Shown here: positions 7,289 to 17,196 of the stretch, piece after piece
Numbering within the stretch: the first letter of the stretch is position 1
Layout: each line of letters opens with the position of its first letter
Made by a program: the position numbers and the translations under genes
The notes under the pieces: generated by a model
What the model saw: only the letters and a program-made list of their open reading frames with translations
Told to the model about the DNA's origin: nothing
Databases searched by the model: none
Assembly: GCA_042218115.1 (NCBI GenBank)
Contig: JBDGRJ010000040.1
Coordinates: 1 to 47,576, forward strand
Direction: 5' to 3'
Origin: Minisyncoccia bacterium
Lineage (GTDB): Bacteria > Patescibacteriota > Patescibacteriia > Magasanikbacterales > UBA922
Length of the DNA stretch: 47,576 nucleotides

Positions 7289-9835
7289 ATGGAGTCAGAA
7301 TCTAAAACTGAGCAAAATCAAAAAAATAGCTCCAAACCAGTCTTTGTAAAGGCTCAAGATACTGAGGCTTCACCTCACATTGTAGATCTAAGAGAGGACG
7401 ATCCTGACTTGGAAGATGTTGGCAGCTTCAGAGAAAAAATGAATCAGGCTAGAGAGAGAAAGACGGTCGATTTTGCAGAGATGGTAAAACAGGCTAATGA
7501 AGACTCAAACCACAAGGAGGAGAATATTAAAATAGATCATGATAACCCTGCTAGCCACCAGCTGAGCCAAGAGACCCGGGAGTTGTCCCAGCAGAAAAAA
7601 GCGGTAAATATTAAGCTGGGACAAGCTAGTTCGGATGACTCTTCGGGTTTGCAATCTATCGCAGCTAAGCTGCCGAGCTCACAGATCAAGGCTGCTATTA
7701 GCGGGGCGGTTAATGCTATAGCTGAAGGCTTTTTCAGTACTGCTTCTGAGGCTGGGCCCGGCTCGGTCGGGTCGAGTTTGAGCGGTGCTGTAGAGAGACA
7801 AAAAGAAGCTCTAAAGACTTTTTGGGCTGATATGACACGACGAAGAGCTTTTGCTACTGTATTATCTCTTATAGCTGTATTATTGCTTCCGTTCCCGGTT
7901 GCTGGCTATTACAATAAAGTAAAACAAGACAGTCGTAGTATAGTGGAAAAATCAACACACGGCTTTTCCGCTTTGAGCAATTCTTCGGCAGCGCTATTTT
8001 CTTCTAATATTAATCAAGCAAAATATAATCTCGCTAGTGCACTGACTGCTTTCGATGAAGCGCAGTCTATGCTCAATAAGGACTATAAAACCGCTATCGA
8101 GATAGCTTCGCTGATTCCTATTATAGGAGACGATATTACGGCTAGAGAAAATCTACTTTCAGCAGGTCACCATTTAGCTTTAGGGAATACCTATTTAGTA
8201 AAGGGTGTATCTGATGCCAAAAATAAAACTGAACTTCCACTCACTGAACGCCTGCAGATAATTGAAAATCACCTCCAGAGCGCTATTCCTCAATATGAGC
8301 AGGCTCTGAGATCATTAGCGGTAGTTTCGAAAGATGAGGTTCCTAAAAAATATGCTGAAGTAAGTCAGGAGTTCAAGGTTTTGTTTGCTGCTATGATAGA
8401 TGATATGCAAGACCTGGTTTCGTTGATCGATACGGCACAGATGATATTCGGCCATCAAAGCTATAAGAAATATTTAGTAGTATTTCAAAATAGCAATGAG
8501 CTAAGACCGCTAGGAGGGTTTGCTGGCAGTTATGCGGTAGTGGAGGTGCAGAAAGGAAAGGTAAGCTGGGATATCCCCTCCGGTGGCAGTTATGATCTTC
8601 AAGGTCAGATGAATTTAAGTCTCAAACCACCTGTTCCTCTGCAGATGGTAAATAGTAAATGGGAGTTTCAAGATGCAAACTATTTTTCTCATCTCCCAGC
8701 CTCGGCTAAAGTAATGGAGGATATGTATACTGAAGCTCGGGGCTCGACTGTAGACGGTGTGATTACTGTAAACTCAGATGTGTTGAAGCGAGTATTGGAT
8801 GTAACCGGTCCGATAAACTTAAGTCAATTTGATGAGCCTATCACTAAAGAAAATGTGCTCAGAAAAGTTCAGAAGTCCGAAGAGGAGGTAAAGAAAAACA
8901 CCGACAAAAAGCCCAAAGCCATACTATCCCCGATAGCAGAAAGACTAATGGATAAGATAAAATCAGGTAAAAATACTGATCTGCTTCATCTGGCGGTTGA
9001 AGCCTATCAGGCCCTGAACCAGAAACAGATTCAGGTATATATGGAGGATGATCAGACTCAAGAAACTCTGCGCTCGTATGGTTGGACCGGAGAAATCTTG
9101 CCCGCCGCACCAAAGCAAGACTATCTGCATCTGGTCCACTCTAATCTGCAAGGACAAAAATCTAATGCTAAGATAAAAGAGAATCTAGAATTAAAAACAA
9201 AAATAAAATCAGACGGTACAGTGATAAATAAGCTCATAATAAATAGAAAACACACGGCGGACCCGGATGATCCTTTGTATGGCTCTACTAATTTTTCACA
9301 TGTACAAGCATTTGTTCCACAAGGAAGTAAGCTTGTAGCTGCAGAAGGTTTTGAGTTTCCGCCCGAGCGTGCATTCCGTGCACCTATCGACAATGCTAAA
9401 ACTCACCCTGTATTGAAGAAGCTAGCTAAAAATGAGCGGTATGATTCGGATACTGGTACCAGGATCAGTCGACAGTTTGGAAAAACAGTGTTTGGCCACT
9501 GGATCATCACTAAGCCCGGCCAATCCAGCAAAGCGTATATTAAATACAAGCTTCCCTTCAAAGTTAAAAGTAAAAAAGAGTTAACCAGCAACTTGCAACG
9601 TTGGAAGCAGGCAATCCTATCAAAGGATAGACAGGACGCTATATCTTACAGTATGTTTTTGCAGAAGCAATCCGGAACAAACTATTCTTTTAATCATGAA
9701 GTAAAACTAAGCTCGAAGTGGCGTCCGTTGTGGAGGTCAAGCGAAGAGGTTCAGTTTGGGGACGGGAAGGTGATGTATAAAAAACCACTTACATCCGATA
9801 CTAAGTACGGATTTTTACTAGAAAGTAGCAATTAA
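7289..9835 (+). CDS. DUF4012 domain-containing membrane protein
   Basis: Disordered N-terminus, one TM (AFATVLSLIAVLLLPFPVAGYY), then the motif NSNELRPLGGFAGSYAVVEV. I recall this motif as characteristic of DUF4012 proteins. Confidence 0.75.
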   Translation: MESESKTEQNQKNSSKPVFVKAQDTEASPHIVDLREDDPDLEDVGSFREKMNQARERKTVDFAEMVKQANEDSNHKEENIKIDHDNPASHQLSQETRELSQQKKAVNIKLGQASSDDSSGLQSIAAKLPSSQIKAAISGAVNAIAEGFFSTASEAGPGSVGSSLSGAVERQKEALKTFWADMTRRRAFATVLSLIAVLLLPFPVAGYYNKVKQDSRSIVEKSTHGFSALSNSSAALFSSNINQAKYNLASALTAFDEAQSMLNKDYKTAIEIASLIPIIGDDITARENLLSAGHHLALGNTYLVKGVSDAKNKTELPLTERLQIIENHLQSAIPQYEQALRSLAVVSKDEVPKKYAEVSQEFKVLFAAMIDDMQDLVSLIDTAQMIFGHQSYKKYLVVFQNSNELRPLGGFAGSYAVVEVQKGKVSWDIPSGGSYDLQGQMNLSLKPPVPLQMVNSKWEFQDANYFSHLPASAKVMEDMYTEARGSTVDGVITVNSDVLKRVLDVTGPINLSQFDEPITKENVLRKVQKSEEEVKKNTDKKPKAILSPIAERLMDKIKSGKNTDLLHLAVEAYQALNQKQIQVYMEDDQTQETLRSYGWTGEILPAAPKQDYLHLVHSNLQGQKSNAKIKENLELKTKIKSDGTVINKLIINRKHTADPDDPLYGSTNFSHVQAFVPQGSKLVAAEGFEFPPERAFRAPIDNAKTHPVLKKLAKNERYDSDTGTRISRQFGKTVFGHWIITKPGQSSKAYIKYKLPFKVKSKKELTSNLQRWKQAILSKDRQDAISYSMFLQKQSGTNYSFNHEVKLSSKWRPLWRSSEEVQFGDGKVMYKKPLTSDTKYGFLLESSN

Positions 9836-9837
9836 TT

Positions 9838-11904
9838 ATGTCAGACCAAGATCAAGAACAACATACTCATTCATTTGAGAAAAAAGAACTTTCTTCACCT
9901 TTCAGTGAAGACGATTCCGAAGAAAGCTCAGGTCAACCCGGCTCTACTGATGAAAAAGACCCAAAACAGCAAAAGGATGACTCTGAAGCTGAGAGAGAAG
10001 ACGGTTCAAAAGAGGAGTCTAAGCCAAAAGAAGTAGAAGAAGAGGACAAAGAAGAGAAAGAAACTAAGAGCGATCGAGTAAAAAATAAAGAAGAGATCGA
10101 CAAGGAGCTTAGAGAGATTTATGAAAACAAGGACGGTGAGGTGCCGGATATGTCTAATTTTAATACAAAAAATTCAAACAGTATGCTTAGAGCATTTACA
10201 ATCTTTTTGTTTTCTTTGCTTTTTCTAGCCGGAGTAGCTTGGCTCGGCTTTTTCTTCTTTCAGCCTCAAGATAGGTTTTCAGAAGATAAAGTCGTCTTCT
10301 CTATAGAATCACCTCAAGAGGTTAAGATAGGAGAAGAGGTGCATTACCGAATCAAGTATCAAAATAGGCAAAATGTTCCCTTATCGAAAGCTAATATAAA
10401 TGTGCGCTACCCTGAAGGCTTCGTCTTTGAACGAGCTGAGCCCGAACCTACAGAGGGTGACAACAGCTGGAAGCTGGGTACCGTAGAAAAGATAAGCGCG
10501 GATTACATAGATATCTACGGCAAACTTTACGGAGATATTAAACAAAAACAATCTCTACGTGCGTTCTTGAACTATACTCCAGCTAATTTCTCTTCCCCGT
10601 TCCAGAAGGTAGCTACTTTTGATACTGAAATATCGAGTTCCCCACTATCTGCGTCTGTTTCCGGCCCTGATAAGCTTGCTGTGGGTGAGAAAGGTGAGTG
10701 GAATATAAATGTCACCTCGAATCAGACTCAGCCGGTTGAAAATTTAAGGGTCCGGATTAAAGCAGGTAACAATTTTCGTTTCACAGATCGAACTCCGGCA
10801 GCGACTAATACCCCAGAAAATATTTGGCAAATTGATAAGCTGAAGGATAAAAAAGAGTTTAGCTTTAGCGGTGTGTTTGAAAGCAAAAAAGAAGATAACA
10901 GAATTAAGCTGGAGGTGTTGGGACAGAAAGAAAAACCTGAAGATGAACTGCAACCGGATAGATATTTGTTTGCTCGATCAGAACAGAAAGTTGCACTCTC
11001 GGAGACAAGCCTGAATTTCAGCTTAGCGATAAACGGAGCTTTAGGTAACTTCTCGGTTCGTCCCGGAGAGGCATTAAATACCACTCTGAAGATAGAAAAT
11101 AATGGTAAAGAGCCGGTAAAAGATGCTGAGGTAAAGATGGTTTTTGATGCTCCGTCAAATGACAGACAAGCTATCTTAGAGCGCAGTATCCTGCACTGGT
11201 CTGAGATTAAAAATGTAGGCACTGAAAATATTGTCGGAGACCAAATCAACGATAACGTTCGTCGGGGCACAATTACTTGGGATACTAACTCCACACCGGA
11301 TCTGTCTGAAATCAAGCCGGGAGAATCAGTAGAGCTGAGCTTTACTTTGCCAGTAAAAAGCAGTGAAATTATCGACCTCACGGAGTTTGATACCTACACC
11401 ACAAAAGCAAAAGCTGATCTAAAATACAAAATCGATGATAAGGTAGAAACCGTATCTACCAATAAGTTTGATATAACTATGAATTCTGATCTAAATATCG
11501 ATGTCACTGATACGGTGACCGAGAACGATGATGGCGAGAAGGTACATAATGTAGCCTGGGTTTTGGATAATAACTTTCACAAGGTCGAAAATGTACGAGT
11601 AGAAGCAGATATATTTGGGGATATAGAATGGAAAGAGGACGCTCTAAACACTACTACCGGGACTGCTAAGTTTGACCAGGAAAATCAGCATCTTACTTGG
11701 AGTATTGATCAGATGCCAGCTAATGCCCAGCCACAGACTCTTAATTTCGCTACTATACTCAAAGAATATGACCCAACTCAGACTAATCTAACTTCGAGGG
11801 TAAAAGTTAAGGCTAGAGATACGAAAACCGGGGAAGAGGTAATAATATCGGGAGATGAGGTGCTGCTTCAAAGTGCTACTTCTACGATTGAGAATACGCC
11901 ATAA
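9838..11904 (+). CDS. Membrane-anchored surface protein (acidic N-terminus, one TM, long beta-rich ectodomain), hypothetical
   Basis: Starts 3 nt after the DUF4012 stop codon. TM segment MLRAFTIFLFSLLFLAGVAWLGFFFF. The repetitive beta-strand-like sequence is reminiscent of Ig/CARDB-type repeats, but no family is assigned. Confidence 0.7.
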   Translation: MSDQDQEQHTHSFEKKELSSPFSEDDSEESSGQPGSTDEKDPKQQKDDSEAEREDGSKEESKPKEVEEEDKEEKETKSDRVKNKEEIDKELREIYENKDGEVPDMSNFNTKNSNSMLRAFTIFLFSLLFLAGVAWLGFFFFQPQDRFSEDKVVFSIESPQEVKIGEEVHYRIKYQNRQNVPLSKANINVRYPEGFVFERAEPEPTEGDNSWKLGTVEKISADYIDIYGKLYGDIKQKQSLRAFLNYTPANFSSPFQKVATFDTEISSSPLSASVSGPDKLAVGEKGEWNINVTSNQTQPVENLRVRIKAGNNFRFTDRTPAATNTPENIWQIDKLKDKKEFSFSGVFESKKEDNRIKLEVLGQKEKPEDELQPDRYLFARSEQKVALSETSLNFSLAINGALGNFSVRPGEALNTTLKIENNGKEPVKDAEVKMVFDAPSNDRQAILERSILHWSEIKNVGTENIVGDQINDNVRRGTITWDTNSTPDLSEIKPGESVELSFTLPVKSSEIIDLTEFDTYTTKAKADLKYKIDDKVETVSTNKFDITMNSDLNIDVTDTVTENDDGEKVHNVAWVLDNNFHKVENVRVEADIFGDIEWKEDALNTTTGTAKFDQENQHLTWSIDQMPANAQPQTLNFATILKEYDPTQTNLTSRVKVKARDTKTGEEVIISGDEVLLQSATSTIENTP

Positions 11905-11948
11905 AAATAAAAAAAAGACCCACCTGAAGTCGGGTTGGGCGGGTCGAG

Positions 11949-12143
11949 TTATCCTCCTTGGTTTTTGTCTTTTCCTTTTTGTTTAAGCCATTTAATGATT
12001 TTTCCGACCCTCTTGATTATTGGATCGGTCACTGGGCTGATGAATTTTATTATAAATTCACTCCATCTTTTTTGTTCCCAAACTTGCCAAGAGCGTACCA
12101 AAAAAAGAACCAACAACGAAGCCAGTATTAAATCAGGGTTCAT
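11949..12143 (-). CDS. Small membrane protein (64 aa from the internal ATG), hypothetical
   Basis: MNPDLILASLLVLFLV... has one TM. Its ATG overlaps the stop of the upstream minus-strand ORF (ATGAACCCTGA). A competing + strand ORF (11935..12213) makes this call weak. Confidence 0.3.
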   Translation of the reverse strand: MNPDLILASLLVLFLVRSWQVWEQKRWSEFIIKFISPVTDPIIKRVGKIIKWLKQKGKDKNQGG

Positions 12144-12375
12144 CCTGTTCCTCCAGAAAGTTGGGGTTTTTGAACTGGTTTTCATGAATCAGCACCGGTG
12201 TTATTACCGGTGATTTGAATGTGAATTGAACAGCTTTCAGTCTTCTGCAAATATATTCACCGAAAATTTTTGCCAACAAAATCATAATCCAGAAGCTGCC
12301 TATCAAAATTATAATTCCAGCCATGAACCAGGACACTTTTAGTTCTCCAAATTTATCGGCTTTTGGTTGAAGCAT
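12133..12375 (-). CDS. Small membrane protein (80 aa), hypothetical
   Basis: One TM (VSWFMAGIIILIGSFWIMILLA). Forms an overlapping pair with 11949..12143. Confidence 0.3.
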   Translation of the reverse strand: MLQPKADKFGELKVSWFMAGIIILIGSFWIMILLAKIFGEYICRRLKAVQFTFKSPVITPVLIHENQFKNPNFLEEQDEP

Positions 12376-12493
12376 GTTTTTGGTCTGATTTGTAGAGAAA
12401 CGAACGGATGAACGCTAAAATTAAACTAAAATTTTTCTATTTTGTCAAGATAGTTGTTATCATTTGTTATTTAAAGCACAAAGTGGGGGTCGT

Positions 12494-13342
12494 TTAAGCA
12501 TAAACGATTAACATCACCCCAATAAAAATTATCAAAGCACCGAAAATTCTTGGTATAAAATTTTTCTCTTTTAAGAATAGTTTGCCCCAAATCACACTAA
12601 ATACTGAGCTAGCTCTTTTAATGGCTAGAACATAAGCTGTAGGTCCTATTGATACAGCATACCACTGAAAAATGGAAGTGAATGCAGATGTGAGCCCAAC
12701 ATTTACTACTTTTTGGAAACTTTCTTTTATTTTTACTTTTTTAAACATAATTACAATGAAAAGAATTATGCTGATCAGACTATAAACCACAAACACAAAC
12801 CCAAAAGAAGAGGATTTATTCATTCCCACTTTAAAATACACAGAAGAAATCGACCATAAGATAGTCGATAGAATTATCATTAATTGTCCTAAATCTATAT
12901 TGATATTTTTAAAATATCTATCTTTCTTGTTTTTATTCACTACAAAAGTTCCAGAAACAACTAATGCTATTCCAAGGAAACCAATAGTATTTATCTTTTC
13001 TCCTAAAATAAAAAAAGCGGTCAAAGCCACGAATAATGGACTGAAGCTATACAGTGGAGCCAAAGTTGACAAGTCAGAATAATTATTTGCTTGGGTGGTT
13101 AAAATTAATGTAATTAAGTTTATAGAAACTACTATAGCTAAAGCAAGGAGATAATCAGCTTCTGGTGTAAAAATTTGAGAATCCAAAAACAAGGTTGGAA
13201 CTAATGAGATAACGCTGGTAAATAGAGCAACTATAAATGCAATAAAGTATTCATTGCATTCTTTATCTACTTTGTCTTTTATTGCTAATAGCTTAAAACT
13301 ATCAAATAAAGCTGAGCTAATAGATGATAATAGCCAGGTCAT
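12494..13342 (-). CDS. EamA/DMT-family transporter
   Basis: 282 aa with about 10 hydrophobic helices arranged as two similar halves, typical of the drug/metabolite transporter fold. Confidence 0.7.
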   Translation of the reverse strand: MTWLLSSISSALFDSFKLLAIKDKVDKECNEYFIAFIVALFTSVISLVPTLFLDSQIFTPEADYLLALAIVVSINLITLILTTQANNYSDLSTLAPLYSFSPLFVALTAFFILGEKINTIGFLGIALVVSGTFVVNKNKKDRYFKNINIDLGQLMIILSTILWSISSVYFKVGMNKSSSFGFVFVVYSLISIILFIVIMFKKVKIKESFQKVVNVGLTSAFTSIFQWYAVSIGPTAYVLAIKRASSVFSVIWGKLFLKEKNFIPRIFGALIIFIGVMLIVYA

Positions 13343-13494
13343 ATTTTTAATTCTTTTTTAGTTTTTCTAACTTACCAAAAGAACAAGATGTAAGAAAGTT
13401 TTAACAACCAAAAAGGTTCCAAATCTTAACAAAAGGTTTGGGGTTATGAAATTCTTTATTTTTTGCTTTAATTTAGTAGAGAAGTAAGGGTTTG

Positions 13495-13568
13495 TACACC
13501 CGGGAGGACTCAAACCCCCAACCTGCTGGTCCGAAGCCAGCCGCTCTATTCAATTGAGCTACGGGTGT
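13495..13568 (-). tRNA. tRNA-Arg (anticodon TCG)
   Basis: Hand-folded cloverleaf. Acceptor ACACCCG/CGGGTGT, D stem GCTC/GAGC, anticodon stem GCTGG/CCAGC with loop CTTCGGA, T stem GGGGG/CCTCC, discriminator A. No encoded CCA. The D loop (AATTGAATA) lacks GG and the T loop is TTTGAGT. Confidence 0.8.
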
Positions 13569-13645
13569 ATATCTAATTTTTAATTTTCGTAGGCTAAATT
13601 GTAGGAAACAAGAGGGTTTTAGTCAAGCTGTTATCCCGGATTATA

Positions 13646-13987
13646 TTAATTTTTCTCCCAATCTTCTTGTATATCTTCTATCTGATCTTTTATTTCAAAA
13701 AGCTGTGGTTTTTTGACTATTATCTTATACATATTTTCAATAAAGTCGCCTCCTGCATATCCTGCTACTACAGCTAGAGAAAGCGGAAGCTCGGATATAT
13801 CCAGGAATATTTGTGCTGCATCTTGGGCTACCCATGCACTGACATAGCCCACAATTCCTGATAGAATTACCATACCGGAGAAGTAATATGGCCTGATCTC
13901 TACATCTTTATATGAAACTAAATACTTAAAAAGACCTACCCCACCGCGAAGTAGACCACCAAAAAGCCCCATTGTAAAAAAAGCCAT
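13646..13987 (-). CDS. Small membrane protein (113 aa), hypothetical
   Basis: Clean ORF between two tRNA genes, with 2-3 hydrophobic helices containing Gly-rich motifs. Confidence 0.5.
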   Translation of the reverse strand: MAFFTMGLFGGLLRGGVGLFKYLVSYKDVEIRPYYFSGMVILSGIVGYVSAWVAQDAAQIFLDISELPLSLAVVAGYAGGDFIENMYKIIVKKPQLFEIKDQIEDIQEDWEKN

Positions 13988-14073
13988 GGCTGTTAGTTAA
14001 GTATTAAAACTTGGTTTATGGTAACATAAAGTGGAAAAAGTAAAAAAATACTTGTGTGTAGAGTATTTGTTTG

Positions 14074-14146
14074 TGCACCGTGCAGGAATCGAACCTGCGA
14101 CCTTGGGTTTAAGAGACCCCTGCTCTACCGACTGAGCTAACGGTGC
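14074..14146 (-). tRNA. tRNA-Lys (anticodon CTT)
   Basis: Hand-folded cloverleaf. Acceptor GCACCGT/ACGGTGC, D arm GCTC-AGTCGGTA-GAGC, anticodon loop CTCTTAA, T arm GCAGG-TTCGATT-CCTGC, discriminator A. Confidence 0.9.
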
Positions 14147-14150
14147 TTGT

Positions 14151-14912
14151 TTAACCTAATGGATCTGTTGAATCTCTCTCTTTTACTTCTACCTGTGGTC
14201 CGGGCCAGTTCTTTTTTTCTATACCCTTCTCTGCTGCCCGCTCTTGCGCCTCTTGTTTACTGGAGCCCTGTGCTGTGGCTACCTGCTCGTCTTCTAAATA
14301 TACCCCTACTGTGAATGTCTTATTGTGATCGGGTCCTTCTTCTTCTATCACCTCATATGTCGGTGTTATTCCTACTTTATCTTGTGCGGCTTCTTGAAAT
14401 CTGGATTTAGGGTCCATCCATAGTCCTTTCTCCAACACTTCCGGTAGTTTGGAAATTATCCATCTTCTTATAAATTGATCTGCCATATCAAAACCTTGAT
14501 CAATGTATATAGCTCCTATCAGCGCCTCGATCGCATTAGCTAAAATATAGTTTCTGGCTTTGGTGTCACCTTCTTGTTTTTCTCCTTTGGATAAGAAAAG
14601 ATAGGAGTTCATCCCCAGCTCTCTGGCCACCCTTGAGCACATATCAGCATTTACCAGGGCTGCCCGCCAGTTGGTCAGCTCACCCTCCGGGTTTAGGTAA
14701 TTGCGAAATAAATATTCAGTCACTGATAGCTCCAGAACCGCATCCCCTAGAAATTCCAACCTCTCATTGTTTTCAAGGGGAAACTCCCTGCTCTCATTGA
14801 TGTATGATCGGTGTACAAAAGCTTGTACTAAGTGGTTTTTGTTGTCAAAGTCTATACCTATTTTTTCTTCAAATTCCTCGAAGTTTTTCTCTTCGTAAGC
14901 ATCTATAGTCAT
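14151..14912 (-). CDS. rnc: Ribonuclease III
   Basis: RNase III signature ERLEFLGDAVLE, followed by a dsRNA-binding domain (DHNKTFTVGVYL...AQGSSKQEAQERAA). Confidence 0.9.
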   Translation of the reverse strand: MTIDAYEEKNFEEFEEKIGIDFDNKNHLVQAFVHRSYINESREFPLENNERLEFLGDAVLELSVTEYLFRNYLNPEGELTNWRAALVNADMCSRVARELGMNSYLFLSKGEKQEGDTKARNYILANAIEALIGAIYIDQGFDMADQFIRRWIISKLPEVLEKGLWMDPKSRFQEAAQDKVGITPTYEVIEEEGPDHNKTFTVGVYLEDEQVATAQGSSKQEAQERAAEKGIEKKNWPGPQVEVKERDSTDPLG

Positions 14913-14915
14913 GGT

Positions 14916-15344
14916 TTAGTTATTATCTTCTTTCATATCGTTGTAAATTGCACCTAAAATACCGTTTACAAACTTGCCGCTGGATGGGCCGCCGTAGGAT
15001 TTTGCTACCTCGATAGCTTCGTCTATAGCTACTTTCTCCGGTATCTCTTCATTAAACTTGAGCTCATAGAGCCCTACTCGGAGTATATTTCTATCCACTA
15101 TCGACATCTGATCTATATCCCACTTGGTAGAGTACTCTTCCAGCTCTTCATTTATATCATCTATGTGATCTACCACACCTTCTACAGTCTCTCGTATATA
15201 TTCTATATTTTCGTCCAAACCAACACCAAACTCATCTATGGTTTCATCGGTGATAGCCGGCAATGCTGCGGTCGGCTGACCACGAAAATCCCATTGGTAG
15301 AGAGTCTGCATTACTATTGAGCGAGCAAGGTGTCTTTTGGACAT
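14916..15344 (-). CDS. nusB: Transcription antitermination factor NusB
   Basis: [17 protein letters not shown] start, about 140 aa, all-helical, C-terminal FVNGILGAI motif. Lies directly upstream of rnc. Confidence 0.85.
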   Translation of the reverse strand: MSKRHLARSIVMQTLYQWDFRGQPTAALPAITDETIDEFGVGLDENIEYIRETVEGVVDHIDDINEELEEYSTKWDIDQMSIVDRNILRVGLYELKFNEEIPEKVAIDEAIEVAKSYGGPSSGKFVNGILGAIYNDMKEDNN

Positions 15345-15352
15345 TTTAATTT

Positions 15353-15520
15353 TTAGTCAACTTTTTTACCTTTGTAGTAGCCACAGTTGCTGCAGGCTCT
15401 GTGAGGAAGAGTTTCTTCACTACAGGAGTTGCAGATAATGGTATTTTTTTCTTCCAGTCCGTGATGAGCTCTTCTGGATTTGGTGGCTTTCTTCGGCGTT
15501 TTCTTTTTTGCTACTGACAT
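15353..15520 (-). CDS. rpmF: 50S ribosomal protein L32
   Basis: Hand translation (55 aa): [55 protein letters not shown]. This has the L32 N-terminal basic motif plus a CxxC...CxxC zinc ribbon. It is below the ORF-track cutoff. Confidence 0.8.
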   Translation of the reverse strand: MSVAKKKTPKKATKSRRAHHGLEEKNTIICNSCSEETLPHRACSNCGYYKGKKVD

Positions 15521-15608
15521 ATTTTATTATTATTTTGAGAACTAGATTTATAATTCCAGAGTCATTATATATCAATAGAAGGCAAAAATCAAGCTTGAGA
15601 TTGAATTT

Positions 15609-16612
15609 ATGAAGTTAATCAACTATCATACTACTATGAAAGTAGAAAAATGTAAAAGTAAAGACAACTGGAATAAAAATCTCGATCAGAATTGCTCCCG
15701 GTTTTTGCAGTCCTGGGAGTGGGGGGAGTTTAAGCGAAGTTTGGGTAAAGATGTCTATCGCTTACAGTTGAAGGATAATGGTAAACTGAAAGCACAGGCT
15801 CAGGGTATAAAGCATGAACTGGGCGCAGGTTTTAGCTATCTTTATTTTCCCAGAGTTAAGCCTTCAGCTGTTAAAGCAGAGCTGCTAGAGGAGATCTCCA
15901 ACTTAGCTGATTTTGCTCGGATAGAACCTACGGATGAGATAAGTGATGAGCTGGATTTTAAGGTTCATAGCTCACACAGCCGCCAACCGATATAGAGCCC
16001 GAGCTTTCAGACCTACTGGAGGATATGCACTCCAAGACCCGGTATAATATCCGTCTGGCTGAACGCAAGGGGGTGGAAGTAAAAGAAGATAAAGATCTGG
16101 ATGTGTTCTATAAGCTATACCAAGAGACGGAACAAAGAGGGGACTTCAGCGGGCATAATAGAGGTTATTTTGAAAAGATGCTCCAGCTCGATAATGTCTA
16201 TCAGCTCATTGCATATTATGAGAGCCAGCCTTTAGCCTCAAATATTTTAATAAAGTCAGGCAGAACTATGACTTATCTACATGGCGGCTCTACCAGAGAG
16301 CACAGAGATGTAATGGCCACTTACAGAGTGCAGTGGAAAGGTTTGCAGCTGGCAAAAGATCTAGACTGCTCTTATTATGATTTTTGGGGTTCAGCTCCGG
16401 TCTTTGAAGAGCAGGAAATTGATGATATGTCCGGGTATGATAAATCGTTTGGTAAATGTTGGCCCAAAAAAGATGAGCTTTCGGGTGTTACCCGTTTTAA
16501 GGTAAGGTTTAACCCAGGCCCTGTTTCTTATCCTCAAGCTAAGGATGTGGTGTTTAGCCCGCTGAGTTATCAGATTTATTCTACTGCCAGACAGGTTCGT
16601 AGATTCATGTAA
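15609..16612 (+). pseudogene. FemAB-family peptidoglycan interpeptide-bridge aminoacyltransferase, interrupted by a single frameshift
   Basis: ORF1 carries FLQSWEWGEFK and ORF2 carries KTRYNIRLAERKGV plus the rest of the fold. The two ORFs are in different frames. The ORF2 frame is open from 15971 (LTQPPTDIEPELSDLLEDMHSK) and the ORF1 stop is at 15993-15995, so a 1-nt indel between about 15971 and 15993 restores a protein of about 320 aa. Confidence 0.55.
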
Positions 16613-16623
16613 CCACTAACAAG

Positions 16624-17196
16624 ATGAACTGGAGCGAAAAATTGTTTTTACAAATAAACGAGCAAATCGGAGAGCGAGAGTGGTTTGATAAAATGATGAT
16701 GTTTTGTGCCCATAATCTTTTGTTTGTTCTTGTATTCATAGCCTTTCTTTGGGCTACTACGGTTCTCTCCGAATCCGGGGTAGATCAGCTGAAACGTTTT
16801 TTTAAGATAATTCTTACCGCCGGCGCCTTTAGTTATCTCTTTAGCTGGGCTTGGGCATTGCTGATACCCAAAAAAAGACCGTCAGAAAAATATCCAGAGA
16901 TAAAACAACTGTTGAACCCACTCAGCACTTGGAAGACATTCCCTTCCGACCATACTATTGCTGCTTTTGTGGTTACGCTGAGTGTGGTGCTTATGGGTGC
17001 CCCGATATGGTTCGGAGCTTTTTTGACTTTATTGGCACTTTTGGTGGGAGCTGGCAGAGTCTATGTAGGGGTTCATTACCCAAAAGATATTTTGGGCGGC
17101 ATTTTGGTTGCTTGTGTATTTGTGTTGATTAGCCCTTGGCTTTTAGATAATATTACACAACCGGTATATAAGATATTTAAACAACTATTCTTATGA
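16624..17196 (+). CDS. PAP2-family phosphatase (undecaprenyl-diphosphatase-like)
   Basis: The three PAP2 motifs: KKRPSEK, PSDHT and GRVYVGVHYPKDILGG. About 5 TM helices. Confidence 0.75.
   Translation: MNWSEKLFLQINEQIGEREWFDKMMMFCAHNLLFVLVFIAFLWATTVLSESGVDQLKRFFKIILTAGAFSYLFSWAWALLIPKKRPSEKYPEIKQLLNPLSTWKTFPSDHTIAAFVVTLSVVLMGAPIWFGAFLTLLALLVGAGRVYVGVHYPKDILGGILVACVFVLISPWLLDNITQPVYKIFKQLFL

Noticed and set aside
11935-12213. + strand 92-aa ORF in the convergent gap after the surface-protein gene
   Set aside because: It overlaps the two minus-strand small membrane ORFs and starts inside a terminator-like GC stem. None of the three is strongly supported, so the minus-strand pair is reported at low confidence instead.
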